A DNA stretch of 59,520 bases, counting the filler, from Stramenopiles sp. TOSAG23-2 (taxonomy: Eukaryota), in assembly GCA_900128395.1 (NCBI GenBank). It is 6 parts of 6 records of this genome, joined end to end, with 100 filler letters (N's around TTAATTAATTAA, not from the genome) between each part and the next. Parts side by side here need not be neighbours in the genome. Positions count along the whole stretch, not along the records: positions 19,901 to 29,738 come from LT650067.1; positions 29,839 to 39,667 come from LT650068.1; 4 more parts are not named here. The stretch is one strand, 5' to 3'. Position 1 is the stretch's first letter. Each line of letters begins with the position of its first letter. The position numbers and the translations under genes were made by a program. Shown here in pieces: positions 21,733 through 32,956 of this stretch. A model generated the notes under the pieces. The model ran no database searches. It was not told the DNA's origin and saw only the letters and a list, made by a program, of their open reading frames with translations.

Positions 21733-22788
21733 ATGCCAAACAACGCAGTACTACTAACCCTATCTTGGGTAATATGTACATCCACTACATTGTCAGTCTT
21801 TTTAATGTTTGCATTTCATCATCACGTTGTATGGAACGCACCATTTTCGTCCGCGTCTGAAAAAAATAATTATAACAATCTTGTAAAAATAGTCTCTTTA
21901 ATTGACAATGATAATGTAAATAATAAAGTACAAAAATTGATTGAACAACTGCTCAAAGAATACTATGATCTGGGGAAACCATTGCTTATTAAAGGTGGTG
22001 TAAAACATTGGCCTGCTTTTAATAATTGGAATTCATTTGATTATTTATTAACAACGGTTGGTTCGAAAACAGAAGTAGTTTTACAAACGGATGTAACAGA
22101 GCAACGAGCAAATCCATTTGTAGCAACAACTTTCCAAGCTTTTACAGATTGGTTAAAGAAATACCCCACATTGAAAGAGACAACAGAATATAAGGAAAGA
22201 GTAGGCGCTACATATTACATTGCAGAAGAATTTGATTTTTTAGAAAAATATTCACAATTATACAAAGATATGATTAATTTGACTGATTTTGATTTTTTTA
22301 AAAATAATTTAAACATGGTTGGTGGCGATGATAATCATACTATAAACTATGGTTTTGAAACGGCATTTTGGATGGGTGGTGCAGGTGCAAAAACTGGTTG
22401 GCATTACGATTATGATTATTCGTTTAATGTCTTATGTCATTTAAAAGGGGAAAAACAATTTTATATAGCCAAACCAATAGCGACACAATTTTTATATCCA
22501 TCTTCCAAGTTTGATCCTGGTGCTATTTTATCATCTGTAAATTTTTGGTCACCTGATTTGGAAGAATATCCAAAATATGCAAATATACAATTTGAAGAAA
22601 TAAAATTAGATGCTGGTGATATGTTTTTTATACCTGCTGGTTATTGGCACGCAGTGGAAAGCAAATCGCATTCAATAAGTGTTTCCATACGTTTAATGCC
22701 GCGATATTTATGGATTGTAAATTCAATCGATCGTTTATGGGAAATGTTTTATTTATTAGGATGGTATGAACCAAGTGAAGGTACATAA
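21733..22788 (+). CDS. JmjC/cupin-like 2-oxoglutarate oxygenase with an N-terminal hydrophobic segment
   Basis: GKPLLIKG..HWPA, FWMG, HYD, GEKQF, GDMFFIPAGYWHAV (HxD...H triad). Confidence 0.88.
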   Translation: MPNNAVLLTLSWVICTSTTLSVFLMFAFHHHVVWNAPFSSASEKNNYNNLVKIVSLIDNDNVNNKVQKLIEQLLKEYYDLGKPLLIKGGVKHWPAFNNWNSFDYLLTTVGSKTEVVLQTDVTEQRANPFVATTFQAFTDWLKKYPTLKETTEYKERVGATYYIAEEFDFLEKYSQLYKDMINLTDFDFFKNNLNMVGGDDNHTINYGFETAFWMGGAGAKTGWHYDYDYSFNVLCHLKGEKQFYIAKPIATQFLYPSSKFDPGAILSSVNFWSPDLEEYPKYANIQFEEIKLDAGDMFFIPAGYWHAVESKSHSISVSIRLMPRYLWIVNSIDRLWEMFYLLGWYEPSEGT

Positions 22789-23022
22789 TATTATATAATA
22801 TCATATTTATCATGCGAGTTCGTAAATTATATAAAAAAAATACGCGATTACGTTTCGACGTTTCGTAAAAAATTATGCGTCGTGTATAAAATTAAATATT
22901 TAAATATATATATGCATATTACGAGAGTCTGAGATATGTATTTTTTTATATATGATGCATATAATTTTTTTATATATAAAGATAAGCGTAGCGAGGTGTT
23001 TCCTCTGAGTACCTTCTCTCTC

Positions 23023-24606
23023 TTACTTCATAATGAAATCGTCTAAATCGTCTAAACAACGATGGATAATTTCACACCCTTCTTTAATTTCATCTTCATT
23101 AATAATTAATGGTGGTGTACAATGAACGTGATGTCCTCGCATTAATGTAACCAAACCTTCCTCTTTAAAACGTTCTTTTAAAAATTGTACACCTGGATGA
23201 ACTTCATGCATGTTCATTAAAAAATTACCATCCTTACCGGCAAGATCAAACCCAGCACCTAAACCAACTACACGTGCTTGTTTCACGGATGGATGTAAAT
23301 CAACAATTTTAGCTAATTCATGTTCCATTACTTTTTCCATTTTTTGAACATGGCCAACAATATCATTATCAATAGTATATTTCAAAGTTTCATATGCAAC
23401 TGCACAGCATACAGGGTGAGCAAAATATGTGGAACCATATCCTAATGGATTTGTACGAAAATAATTGAAAATATCATCAGACATTCCAACTCCACTTAAT
23501 GGTAAATAGGCAGAAGTAACACCTTTTGCAAATGAAATCATATCTGGCATGACACCATCAAAATGTTGAAATCCAAACATTTTTCCAGTACGACCAAAGC
23601 CATTCATAACTTCATCTGAAATTAATAATATTCCATATTCATCACATAATGCACGTACACCTTGCATGAACGATGTTGGTGTCTTTAACCATCCATTTGC
23701 ACCGGTAACTGCTTCTAATACAATCGCAGCAATAGTATGCGAGCCTTCGAATAAAATTTGATCATGCAATGCATTTAAACATTTTTCACTTGCTTTTTCT
23801 ACATCCTCATCCCATTTATAATGTAATGGAAATGGCTCTACCATTTTCACAAAACCAGATGCAGTTCCATCAACAAACCAATTGCGTTGATCACCTGTCA
23901 TTGCTAATGAGGACGTACTACCACCATGGTAAGAACGAGGGCGGCTCATGATTTTTGGCCTTCCTGTGTATCTTCTTGCAGCACGTATTGCACATTCATT
24001 TGCTTCGGAGCCACCACTAGCGAAAAAGAAACCATTTATATCGCCTGGTACCATTTCACTTAATAAATTTGCTAAACGTGCACGTGGATTATTTATTGCT
24101 AAGTCACCATATACAAATGCAACATTTTCCATTTGTTTTGAGGCTGCATTTTGTATTTGCTCTGGTACAGTATGACCAAGGTTAGAGCACACAGCGCCTG
24201 CACTCCAGTCAATGTATTTTTTGCCATCCGTGTCGTAAAAATATACACCTTCTGCACGTTCTACTTGCACTGCTAAAGCATGGATTGGGTCTGATGCACC
24301 CCAAGAATATACAGAGTTATCAACTATAGCTTTATCTATCTCATCTGCACCCCATTCTTCTTTATGATGTTTAGCCATATCTACAGTGACTGAACTATTA
24401 TCCATAGCACGAAATTCAGGCATTTTTGAACCAGGTGCATTTGGCTTAAAAGATTGATCAAGTGGTGGTGGTTGATAATCTGCTAACGGTTCTGAAGATC
24501 GAAACCTTGTTTGTCCTAAAATTGTTGTTGTTTGTTTATTGATATTATTTTTCATAATATGTTTCATTACAACATTTTGTTTTTGTATTGTATTTCGTAA
24601 TAACAT
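23023..24606 (-). CDS. class-III PLP-dependent aminotransferase with a mitochondrial-type presequence
   Basis: SGGSEANE, SYHG, DEVMNGFGRTG, FAKGVTSAYLPL (PLP Lys); basic, acid-free N-terminus ending TRFRSS. Confidence 0.92.
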   Translation of the reverse strand: MLLRNTIQKQNVVMKHIMKNNINKQTTTILGQTRFRSSEPLADYQPPPLDQSFKPNAPGSKMPEFRAMDNSSVTVDMAKHHKEEWGADEIDKAIVDNSVYSWGASDPIHALAVQVERAEGVYFYDTDGKKYIDWSAGAVCSNLGHTVPEQIQNAASKQMENVAFVYGDLAINNPRARLANLLSEMVPGDINGFFFASGGSEANECAIRAARRYTGRPKIMSRPRSYHGGSTSSLAMTGDQRNWFVDGTASGFVKMVEPFPLHYKWDEDVEKASEKCLNALHDQILFEGSHTIAAIVLEAVTGANGWLKTPTSFMQGVRALCDEYGILLISDEVMNGFGRTGKMFGFQHFDGVMPDMISFAKGVTSAYLPLSGVGMSDDIFNYFRTNPLGYGSTYFAHPVCCAVAYETLKYTIDNDIVGHVQKMEKVMEHELAKIVDLHPSVKQARVVGLGAGFDLAGKDGNFLMNMHEVHPGVQFLKERFKEEGLVTLMRGHHVHCTPPLIINEDEIKEGCEIIHRCLDDLDDFIMK

Positions 24607-25203
24607 GATATATATATTTATGCGTGTTTATAATTATACACTTGTTTGTATATTTTCTTTCAATTTATCTACAATCTAAATGTACATTTAGTTTAATTAT
24701 ATATATATATGTAAAAGGTTTGTTTTATTTTCCATTATTGTCCATCCATTTTACTAATACATGTAATATATTGATGTGCAACATGTGCATGTTGCATATG
24801 TGGTGTTTTGTTTTTCGCTCCACACAACAACAACTCACAAACAACAGTGGCACAAAATGTATGTTGCCTATCAAAATCCTTAACTAATACCTATATAGAG
24901 GTAGCTAGCTCTATACTATCTACACTGTATATCGGCTAGCAGTATAGCTACAGTAAGGACCTATTACCACCTAGTCTACAAAATTATTTGTATCTGTACC
25001 TCTTCTTTTGCTGGCATGCAAAAGCCAGCAGCCAGCATGCATGGAATATAATAATAATAATCATCAACATCTCACGTATAAATTTAAATTATATATGGAT
25101 GTATGGCCAATATATTATAATGATTGGACAGCTGTAAACAGAAATGTAGCGAACAAATATAAATATAGACAAGGTACAATATACAATATAATAACAAAGA
25201 AAT

Positions 25204-26262
25204 ATGAGTACAACAGAAGTAGTAAACAATAATGACGACATGGTTCCAACTACTACGGATTTAAATAATTTTAAAGGTGGTTCAACATCTTCTGAATCAT
25301 TCCAAGCTCCTGAAAATATTGATGATATATTAAAAGAAAATAGTAAAGGTATATTTACATGCTCAAATATTCCTGGTGCAAAATTTAATAATGCACAATT
25401 GCCATTTATTGGTGGCGCTGAAATCCAAAATGACGATGATTTGCCACCATATGCAACTGATAACTTGTATAAAGAAGAGGAATATGTTGAATTCGCGAAA
25501 AGAATAGATGAACATATTAATAGTAAATATGAGAACAATGATGTTATGGTTATTAAAAGAAGGCAAGAAATATGGATAAAATTTTTTCATTATTATGGTG
25601 GCAAGAAGTCAGCTTTATCTCGTTTTTTATGCGCCCGGGAAGGCCAAGTAGACAAAGCGATGGAAATGATTATATCGTGTGTTGAATTTAGAGAAGAAAA
25701 TGATGTGGCAAATATTTTAGTTGAAAATGATAGCAGAAATGATATTGTCAAATATATTAGACAACACTGGACTGCAACTGTTTTTGGATTAACATATGAC
25801 GGTAGTCCAGTTCAATACCACCATTTGCGAAATATTGATGTTGGGCAATTATGTGCTCCTGGAGAAAACAATTTACGTATTTTTTACTTATGGTGGATGG
25901 AAAATTGTTTACAAGTGCAACGTGCTGGGCATAAAGCAAAAAGAGATTGTAAAGGTCCTATGTGTCAAAGTATTGAAATTTATGATTTTAAAAACGTCAG
26001 TCTATGGACGATGACGTATAATATTTTTGGTTTGCGCATATTTAGTCGTGCATTAGATGTAGGACAAGATAATTATCCAGAAAATCTACGAAAAGCATTT
26101 ATAATTAATGCCCCTACAATAGTAACAATACTTTGGTCAATTGTATTGAAAACACTATCAGAAAGAACAAAAAGTAAAATTTCTTTAACTAGTCATGATA
26201 ATAGGGAAGGATTGAGAGAGTTTGTAGATGATGCAACCATTGACAAAATGTTTTCTATGTAA
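25204..26262 (+). CDS. CRAL-TRIO (Sec14-like) lipid-binding protein
   Basis: RFLCAREG.V..A, DGSPV, IYDFKN, QDNYPENLRKAFIINAP, LSERTKSKI. Confidence 0.9.
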   Translation: MSTTEVVNNNDDMVPTTTDLNNFKGGSTSSESFQAPENIDDILKENSKGIFTCSNIPGAKFNNAQLPFIGGAEIQNDDDLPPYATDNLYKEEEYVEFAKRIDEHINSKYENNDVMVIKRRQEIWIKFFHYYGGKKSALSRFLCAREGQVDKAMEMIISCVEFREENDVANILVENDSRNDIVKYIRQHWTATVFGLTYDGSPVQYHHLRNIDVGQLCAPGENNLRIFYLWWMENCLQVQRAGHKAKRDCKGPMCQSIEIYDFKNVSLWTMTYNIFGLRIFSRALDVGQDNYPENLRKAFIINAPTIVTILWSIVLKTLSERTKSKISLTSHDNREGLREFVDDATIDKMFSM

Positions 26263-26603
26263 AAAAATATGAGATCATGACCCGGTTTATGCAACTTATC
26301 TGTGATGAGCTGAGCTGCGAGAGAGACGAAGGAAGACTCTGCGCTTGCCAGAGTAAGACTATAATACTGCAACTAGCCAGCTAGCTCTAGCTACTGTGCT
26401 ACTGGCCGTACCTGGTACCAGGTATAATTTAAATAATTGAAATTGTATATTGTCAAATAGTGCACGAGGTATGATAGTAAAATATGTGTAATTTGTACTT
26501 ATTAGTATACTAAATTTTATTTATTAACTGGAAGCCCTCTCTCTCACTCAGATAAATCATCGGGTCATATTCATTAATATATAAATGCATATATGAATTT
26601 TTA

Positions 26604-28622
26604 CTACAAAATATCACCATCAATACCATCATCATCCACAATTTGCCGATATGAAGAATCTCTACTACCATCACCACCTTGAATATTATTGCTAGTATCA
26701 AGGAATAAAGAAGCTGGTGTTTGTTGCTTACCACCATTGCTACAAAAAATAAAAAAACTTAAAAACAATGTTGATAATCCAAAGATAACAACCAATGATA
26801 TCAATAATATGTTATTACCATGAGAAGGAATATCAGATGGACAATTATTACCATTGTTTTTATCACTTGCAAAATTATATGTATCACAGTAATCAGGCAT
26901 CATTGGTCCAATATACAAGCTTCCACGTCTGACCGTTTTGCAACGAAATTCGGCTAATCGAATCCTCGCATTATTAATATCAAATGCAGAGCTATCGCCA
27001 ATAGACCATAATCGCTCTGCAACTGCATTGCCTCTTTGGAATATTCGCGTTTCTATATTAAGAAAATCTGCGTTTTCATCCCAACTGCTAATTTCACCAC
27101 CAATAACATTTAATTCAAAATTCATATTGTAAATATCATCATACATATCTGTCCATGTAGATTGATACATCCAATGGCCAGTTTTTTTACCCTTAAACAC
27201 TGGCCCTAATGGAGATTGGCGGTCCATATATGCGCCAAAGCTAACAATTATATCATGACCATCCCTAGTTGCATTTTCTAAATCATCGAAACTTTTCCAT
27301 AAATTAACTACCGCTTCTTTATGTTCATCTAACGATCCAGCATCATACGCTTCTTCCCACAAGATTGGTAAACGTTTTTTTTCATTGACTACATAATTTA
27401 ATATTTTTTTCGTAAACCATGCTTGCAATTTAGAGACGGATCCAATCTCTTTATGCTCCTTTGCAAACTTGACGATTCTTGGTATAGAGTTCCAACATTT
27501 TGGCATGACTTCATCACCTCCTAAATGAATATATGGATCTTGAAATAAATCTAATACTTCAGATAGTAACTTCGTTACAATTTGATCAATGTTCTCTTGA
27601 GTAACATCCATACTGATAACATTAATAGCTCTTTCCATAACACCACCACTATTTCCTTCCACATAATCAAAACAATGTGTAATTACATTTTCCATACTTT
27701 TTGAAAACCCCCAACTTGCTGTATGGCCTGGTAAATCAAATTCAGGTACCAACCGTATTCCACGTTCAAGGCTATATTGTATTAAATTTTTAATTTGATC
27801 TTGTGTATAAATTAGCTTTGGATATGAATAGGAGCCATATTTCGCAAGGTCAGGGAAAATATGAGAATCATATGGAAAACTTTGAGAATCAACTATGTGC
27901 CAATGTAAAACATTTAATTTAACAAATGCCATAGTTTCAATAACTTTTTCGATCGATTCAATATCAAAATAATGCCTCGCCGTATCTAATAAGACACCAC
28001 GCCATTTAAATCTTGGAGCGTCTTCGATTTCAATAGGTAAATTAGGTAAAAGAAAACCTTCGCCGGTATAAACAATAAGTTGTGATAATGTTTCTAACCC
28101 TCTTAAGGCACCAACCCAGGTTAGGGCTTCTAATGTACCACTTTCTGTATCTAAATTCAAAGTATAATCTTCTTCCATACTACCCAACGTATCTGCACGT
28201 ACAGTACCATCTGTATTTTTTATAACAATGTTTAAAGTATTAAAAAATGGAGTGTTATCGTTAACATTTGAAAGAAATTTCAAAGCAGGATTAGTTGTGT
28301 TAACTAAAGGCGGTAATTTCACCTTTAAATATGGTAGTGTTTCGCCAACCTTAATATTATTTGTCATGCTATCAAAAACTCTTTTCGCACCACTCGTCAC
28401 AACCGACGTAACCGAAATATGGCAACCTTCTGCAATATTTATGTTAATGTTTGCAGGTTTGACACGAGAAATGGTTTTAAAATGTCGTTTTATTGATTTT
28501 GGTTTTGGAGTGACGCTTGGATATGTTGCTGTCGAAAAGGTTGCGTCAACATGATAAAATATGGAATGTATCAATATTATAAATATTGATGAAACTATTG
28601 TTAATTTTATGGAAAATGGCAT
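26604..28622 (-). CDS. beta-N-acetylhexosaminidase (GH20) with signal peptide and C-terminal TM anchor
   Basis: first ATG 28622; DAPRFKWRGVLLDTARHY, KLNVLHWHIVDSQSFP, PEFDLPGH, HLGGDEV, AVAERLW; TM ILLISLVVIFGLSTLFLSFFIF. Confidence 0.95.
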   Translation of the reverse strand: MPFSIKLTIVSSIFIILIHSIFYHVDATFSTATYPSVTPKPKSIKRHFKTISRVKPANININIAEGCHISVTSVVTSGAKRVFDSMTNNIKVGETLPYLKVKLPPLVNTTNPALKFLSNVNDNTPFFNTLNIVIKNTDGTVRADTLGSMEEDYTLNLDTESGTLEALTWVGALRGLETLSQLIVYTGEGFLLPNLPIEIEDAPRFKWRGVLLDTARHYFDIESIEKVIETMAFVKLNVLHWHIVDSQSFPYDSHIFPDLAKYGSYSYPKLIYTQDQIKNLIQYSLERGIRLVPEFDLPGHTASWGFSKSMENVITHCFDYVEGNSGGVMERAINVISMDVTQENIDQIVTKLLSEVLDLFQDPYIHLGGDEVMPKCWNSIPRIVKFAKEHKEIGSVSKLQAWFTKKILNYVVNEKKRLPILWEEAYDAGSLDEHKEAVVNLWKSFDDLENATRDGHDIIVSFGAYMDRQSPLGPVFKGKKTGHWMYQSTWTDMYDDIYNMNFELNVIGGEISSWDENADFLNIETRIFQRGNAVAERLWSIGDSSAFDINNARIRLAEFRCKTVRRGSLYIGPMMPDYCDTYNFASDKNNGNNCPSDIPSHGNNILLISLVVIFGLSTLFLSFFIFCSNGGKQQTPASLFLDTSNNIQGGDGSRDSSYRQIVDDDGIDGDIL

Positions 28623-28801
28623 GCTATATTCTTGATTTATTTGGATTTTATTCAATCGTGCAATATTTAGTTTCCGTATGTATATTATATTATCTATATC
28701 ATATTATCCGATATATTGAATATATATAATTTAGAATATAATATATATATAATAGTTGCAATAATAATGGCAGTAGTAGTTGTCTCCCCTTGGTGGTGCA
28801 A

Positions 28802-28920
28802 CCAATCTGGCAATCCTGGCAATCCTGGCAATCCAGCAATCCAGCAATCCTGGCAATCCTGTGGCAATCCAGGCAATCTGGCAATCCAGCAATCTGGCAA
28901 TCTGGCAATCTGGCAATCCA
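28802..28920. repeat. minisatellite of ~14 imperfect 8-9 bp units (core GCAATC)
   Basis: GGCAATCCT / GCAATCCA / GGCAATCT units in tandem between divergent genes. Confidence 0.9.
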
Positions 28921-29253
28921 TAATGTAAATGATGCTCTGTGGTAGACTTGGATATAATATGGTGATTCTCATTTAGATTAACAATTAGTGTACTTAGATA
29001 TATGGTATTTTCCTACCATATTGCAAGATAATATAATAGTTGCTAATAATAATAATAATAGTGCAATAATAATATTATTATTATTATTATTAGTAGAAAT
29101 AATATGGAAGTAAAAATTTGTATCGTAAAAGATATAATTTAAAAAGAAGAATGTTATAACATCCGGACATATATACCAGCATCATCAATAACATTATTTT
29201 ATCTATCCAATGCAATTCATCAATTAGCACAAACAAACAAAAACAATAAGACA

Positions 29254-29738
29254 ATGTCGTCCTTGTCTGGAATATCATATTTAAGTAAACTAGTAAAAAA
29301 TTTAGCAAAAAGGAAACCAAAGTATTTAAATTCTGAAAAACGAGCATCTGTATGTTTAATTTTAAGGCTTCAAGAAAATTCAAATAATAGTTATAATTAT
29401 AATAATGATAATAATAATAGTAATAATGGAATAATAGATAGTAACATGTATGATTTATATGATAAAAATGAAAAAAAAATCATCCTTGATGACAACAATT
29501 TTGATCACTTTAACGAACTGGAATGTTTGTTTATTAAACGTGCTATCATTCAACAAGATCCGTGGTCTGGCCAAGTCGCTTTACCTGGTGGTAAACAAGA
29601 AGAACAAGATAATAACTCCGATTATAATACTGCAGTTAGGGAAACTCACGAAGAAATAGGTATTGATTTAACAAATCAAGATAATTTTCATTATTTAGGC
29701 CAATTAGATGATCGCCAAATTACTGGGCGGGGTATAGC
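29254..29738 (+). CDS. Nudix hydrolase, CoA-diphosphatase-like; 3'-truncated at the contig end
   Basis: RASV, LFIKRA...DPWSGQVALPGG; Nudix box TAVRETHEEIG. Confidence 0.88.
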
Positions 29739-29838
29739 NNNNNNNNNNNNNNNNNNNNNNNNNNNNNNNNNNNNNNNNNNNNTTAATTAATTAANNNNNN
29801 NNNNNNNNNNNNNNNNNNNNNNNNNNNNNNNNNNNNNN
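29739..29838. other. artificial contig linker
   Basis: N44-TTAATTAATTAA-N44. Confidence 0.98.
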
Positions 29839-30211
29839 GTACTTAAAACTATAGTATGGAGATTTTTTGTTATTTTATATAGTAATGATAATTTTTCCTA
29901 TCAAGTGTTTTTAATATATGAAAATAGCATTATAAAATTAGCATCGACACAGGCCTTTCAACATTTTACACTTGAAAAGTGTGTTTTTCTGCCATGTTTT
30001 CTGTTTTTCATTTCCTATCATATTTATACTTAATATAGTCCTTTTCATATACTCAGTAGATTTGTAGTGTTTGATATATTTGATAGGCCAGATTAGGTAT
30101 TTTTTGTACTTGAGAGGAGGGTAATTACATTTCATTTTAACAAAAATTTTAAATTTCTATAAAAATCATTTGTAAATTTCAAAAACCAATATTTTAAAAT
30201 TTCTATAAAAA

Positions 30212-32290
30212 TCATGCTTTGTAAATTTGTGTAATATTTGTTACAGCATTTCTACAAATTGGACATTTTGTATTTCTTGGATTTCGTCTCAATAGATTCT
30301 TTGCACAGTCAATACATAAAGCAAAGTGTCCACATGGTAAAATGACAGCATTTATCTTTTCTGTAAAACAGATTTTACAAGTGTCTTTATCATCCGCATC
30401 ATTGTTATCCCCATCATTTGCCAATAATGCATTAAAATCTCCTTTAGAATATCCAATATTTCTAATTACACGCCAATGTTCATCCTCTGTTATTGAATTT
30501 TGTTTTCGAAATGTCGCTAAATTATATTGATCTTTGGCATTTAATTGACGTCCAGAGGATAACATACCTGCTAGAAACATTTCATATTTTTGTAGCCTTA
30601 AATCATCAGCATCGAAAGTCGAAGATTTTTTCTTATTATCGTCTTTACTTTTCTTCTTGTTGTGGTTATTAGTATTATTATTACTTTTACCATCCATTTC
30701 ATCCCCTACAAACAATACCTTTTTGTTCAAATCCTCCTCCTCCTCTCCCCCTCCTTCTTCTTCATACTCATCGTTTTTACGACTATAATCACTCTGGCGA
30801 CTCATACTTGCAAACGAAAACCCACCCTTATTTGAAAAATCCCGTCGTTTTGTTAATGAAATCACACCTTTTGCATATTTACCTTCAATTTTCCAACCTT
30901 TTTTTGAATTAATTATATCATCCAAATTGCTATTGACTAATGACCTAATCAATGTAGAAGTTGGTGATGAGGATTTACTACTACCACTACCACTCGTGTC
31001 AGCATTACTACTCGTTTTGCTTCCACTTCCACCACCAATATTACCACCACCACGTTCTCTTAACCAGCCGCTATATTGTATTCGATTTGTATATCTTCCT
31101 TTATGTTGCTTATGTAAATTAATTTCTCGTGTATTCCAATTAAATTCACCCTTCACAGAAAAATCAATGCTCATTTCCCTCCATTCAGACACACCTTCCC
31201 CATCAATGGTACCTTCCATCGTCACCGGATTCAATTTGAATCTTATCCCAGTTTCCGTCCACAAAGTGACATTATTATCACTATCAATACTTTCTCCTTC
31301 CCATATTCCACTAAGTAGACTTTCAATCTGACGAGCTTTTGCAGCACGTTTTCTACCTTGTTCCTCTCGTCGCTTGATTTCCTCTCGCTGTTCATCTGTC
31401 ATAGACATTTTACGTATATCCTCGATGGATGGTAAATCTAAAGGTTCTAATCTCTCTAAATGTATTGTTCCATTTTGATATTGACCTTCAATCGTGCCAT
31501 TTTCCGGCAAAACAATACCGTCATAATTAACTGTGTTTGTATATCTACCTAAGTGCTGTTTGCGTAATGAGATTTCCTTCGTTTGCCAATTATATGTACC
31601 TTCAACGATGAATTCAATTTGCAAATTTCGCCATAACGATAAACCATGCCCAGTGATTCTCCCAGTAGTAGTATTTAAGCCAAACGTATCATCTGTATTA
31701 CGTTCGAATTTGAGTATAGTTTCTGTCCATGTTGTTGGTTCATTACGTTGACTACTACTTTCACCACCCCACATTCCAGTCAAGGCAACCTCAGCATTTT
31801 CCATATCTTCTTTACTAACATGTTTTAAAACGATGACCCCACTTGCATATTCACCAGATATAATTCCTTTATTTGGCAAAATTATTGTTTTATATTCAAC
31901 TGTATTTGTATAGTCACCTGTATGTGTTTTTCTTATAACCATTTCTTTAGTAAATAAATTTAAAGTACCAGATACTTTGAATGAAATTCTTTTTGACCTC
32001 CAAAATGAGATACCTTGACCTGTAATTTCTGCTTCGACATCAGATACAACTTTAAAATTTAACGTAGACTCTTTCCAATAGGTTGGATCATTTTTTTCAC
32101 TTAAACTTTTCCCTTCCCAACGTCCTGATAATCCAGACGGGTCAATTGGAGTTCTTTTTTGATTGCTATTATTATTATTATTATTATTATAATTGTAATT
32201 ATCTTTATTATCATCATCTTCACCATCATTATTCTTCACACCAACCGATGATGATGATGACGTTTCATTCGTACTATATTTCGACGCCAT
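30212..32290 (-). CDS. C-terminal C3HC4 RING protein with three ~110-aa beta-rich repeats
   Basis: first ATG 32290; CKIC...LPCGHFALCIDC...CPICR; three copies of L.G.W.G.S...W.E..L.F...G.G.S.WR...F.V.G...K.H.G.YTN. Confidence 0.85.
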   Translation of the reverse strand: MASKYSTNETSSSSSVGVKNNDGEDDDNKDNYNYNNNNNNNSNQKRTPIDPSGLSGRWEGKSLSEKNDPTYWKESTLNFKVVSDVEAEITGQGISFWRSKRISFKVSGTLNLFTKEMVIRKTHTGDYTNTVEYKTIILPNKGIISGEYASGVIVLKHVSKEDMENAEVALTGMWGGESSSQRNEPTTWTETILKFERNTDDTFGLNTTTGRITGHGLSLWRNLQIEFIVEGTYNWQTKEISLRKQHLGRYTNTVNYDGIVLPENGTIEGQYQNGTIHLERLEPLDLPSIEDIRKMSMTDEQREEIKRREEQGRKRAAKARQIESLLSGIWEGESIDSDNNVTLWTETGIRFKLNPVTMEGTIDGEGVSEWREMSIDFSVKGEFNWNTREINLHKQHKGRYTNRIQYSGWLRERGGGNIGGGSGSKTSSNADTSGSGSSKSSSPTSTLIRSLVNSNLDDIINSKKGWKIEGKYAKGVISLTKRRDFSNKGGFSFASMSRQSDYSRKNDEYEEEGGGEEEEDLNKKVLFVGDEMDGKSNNNTNNHNKKKSKDDNKKKSSTFDADDLRLQKYEMFLAGMLSSGRQLNAKDQYNLATFRKQNSITEDEHWRVIRNIGYSKGDFNALLANDGDNNDADDKDTCKICFTEKINAVILPCGHFALCIDCAKNLLRRNPRNTKCPICRNAVTNITQIYKA

Positions 32291-32956
32291 CTTGTATGTC
32301 CACAATATCTGATATGGTAAGTTTATATTTATATGATGTAAATATATATATAAATTTTCATTTCTTTCCTGATATTATTTTGTATCCTATATAATTAATT
32401 CTAAATAATATTAATAATATAAAAAATGATAACTGGATAACACAGGGGGAAGTAATATTGTAATCCTGGTAATCAAAAAATGCCATCATCCAGTTGTTGT
32501 GACCCCAGAAGAGATCTGCTCTGAAAATGCTCTGTAGACTTGCAAGTGTAAGATCCTATTTAAAATAGTGGAAAAAGTGTCAAAATATGAAAAAAATAAC
32601 AATATTCATAATGGATATTGGCCTTCTGGTGTCCAGAGTCCTCGTAGATCTGCTCCTTTTGTGAAATGAATTGAGATCTAATTTCACTAATTGAAGATTG
32701 ACTATAGTAAAATTAAAAGTGTAGTATAATTGATCGATGGAAAGAGTTAATTAGCATGCCAGCATGAACACAGGCTATGAAATGCAAATGTCAAAAATTT
32801 GCCACACCAAACCGGATTCGATGCCATATCTATCAATCAAAGCACAAAAAATAGTTTTATAACCCAAAAGTAAACATTGAGTTGTAAGTGTGTTAGAGTT
32901 GTATATCATATAAGTTTTTTTTTTTTATTAGAAAAGAAGACAAGAATCATTTAAAC

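Noticed and set aside
26275-26345. Hammerhead ribozyme or C/D snoRNA near TGTGATGAGCTGAG...GACGAAG
   Set aside because: Lacks exact CTGATGA...GAAA core and pairing stems
28802-28920. CRISPR array or telomeric repeat
   Set aside because: Units are 8-9 bp, contiguous and without spacers; internal location; not a telomere motif I recognise; eukaryotic context
32440-32700. Higher-complexity intergenic patch with AGATCTGCTC twice
   Set aside because: No sustained ORF or terminal repeats; at most a decayed relic
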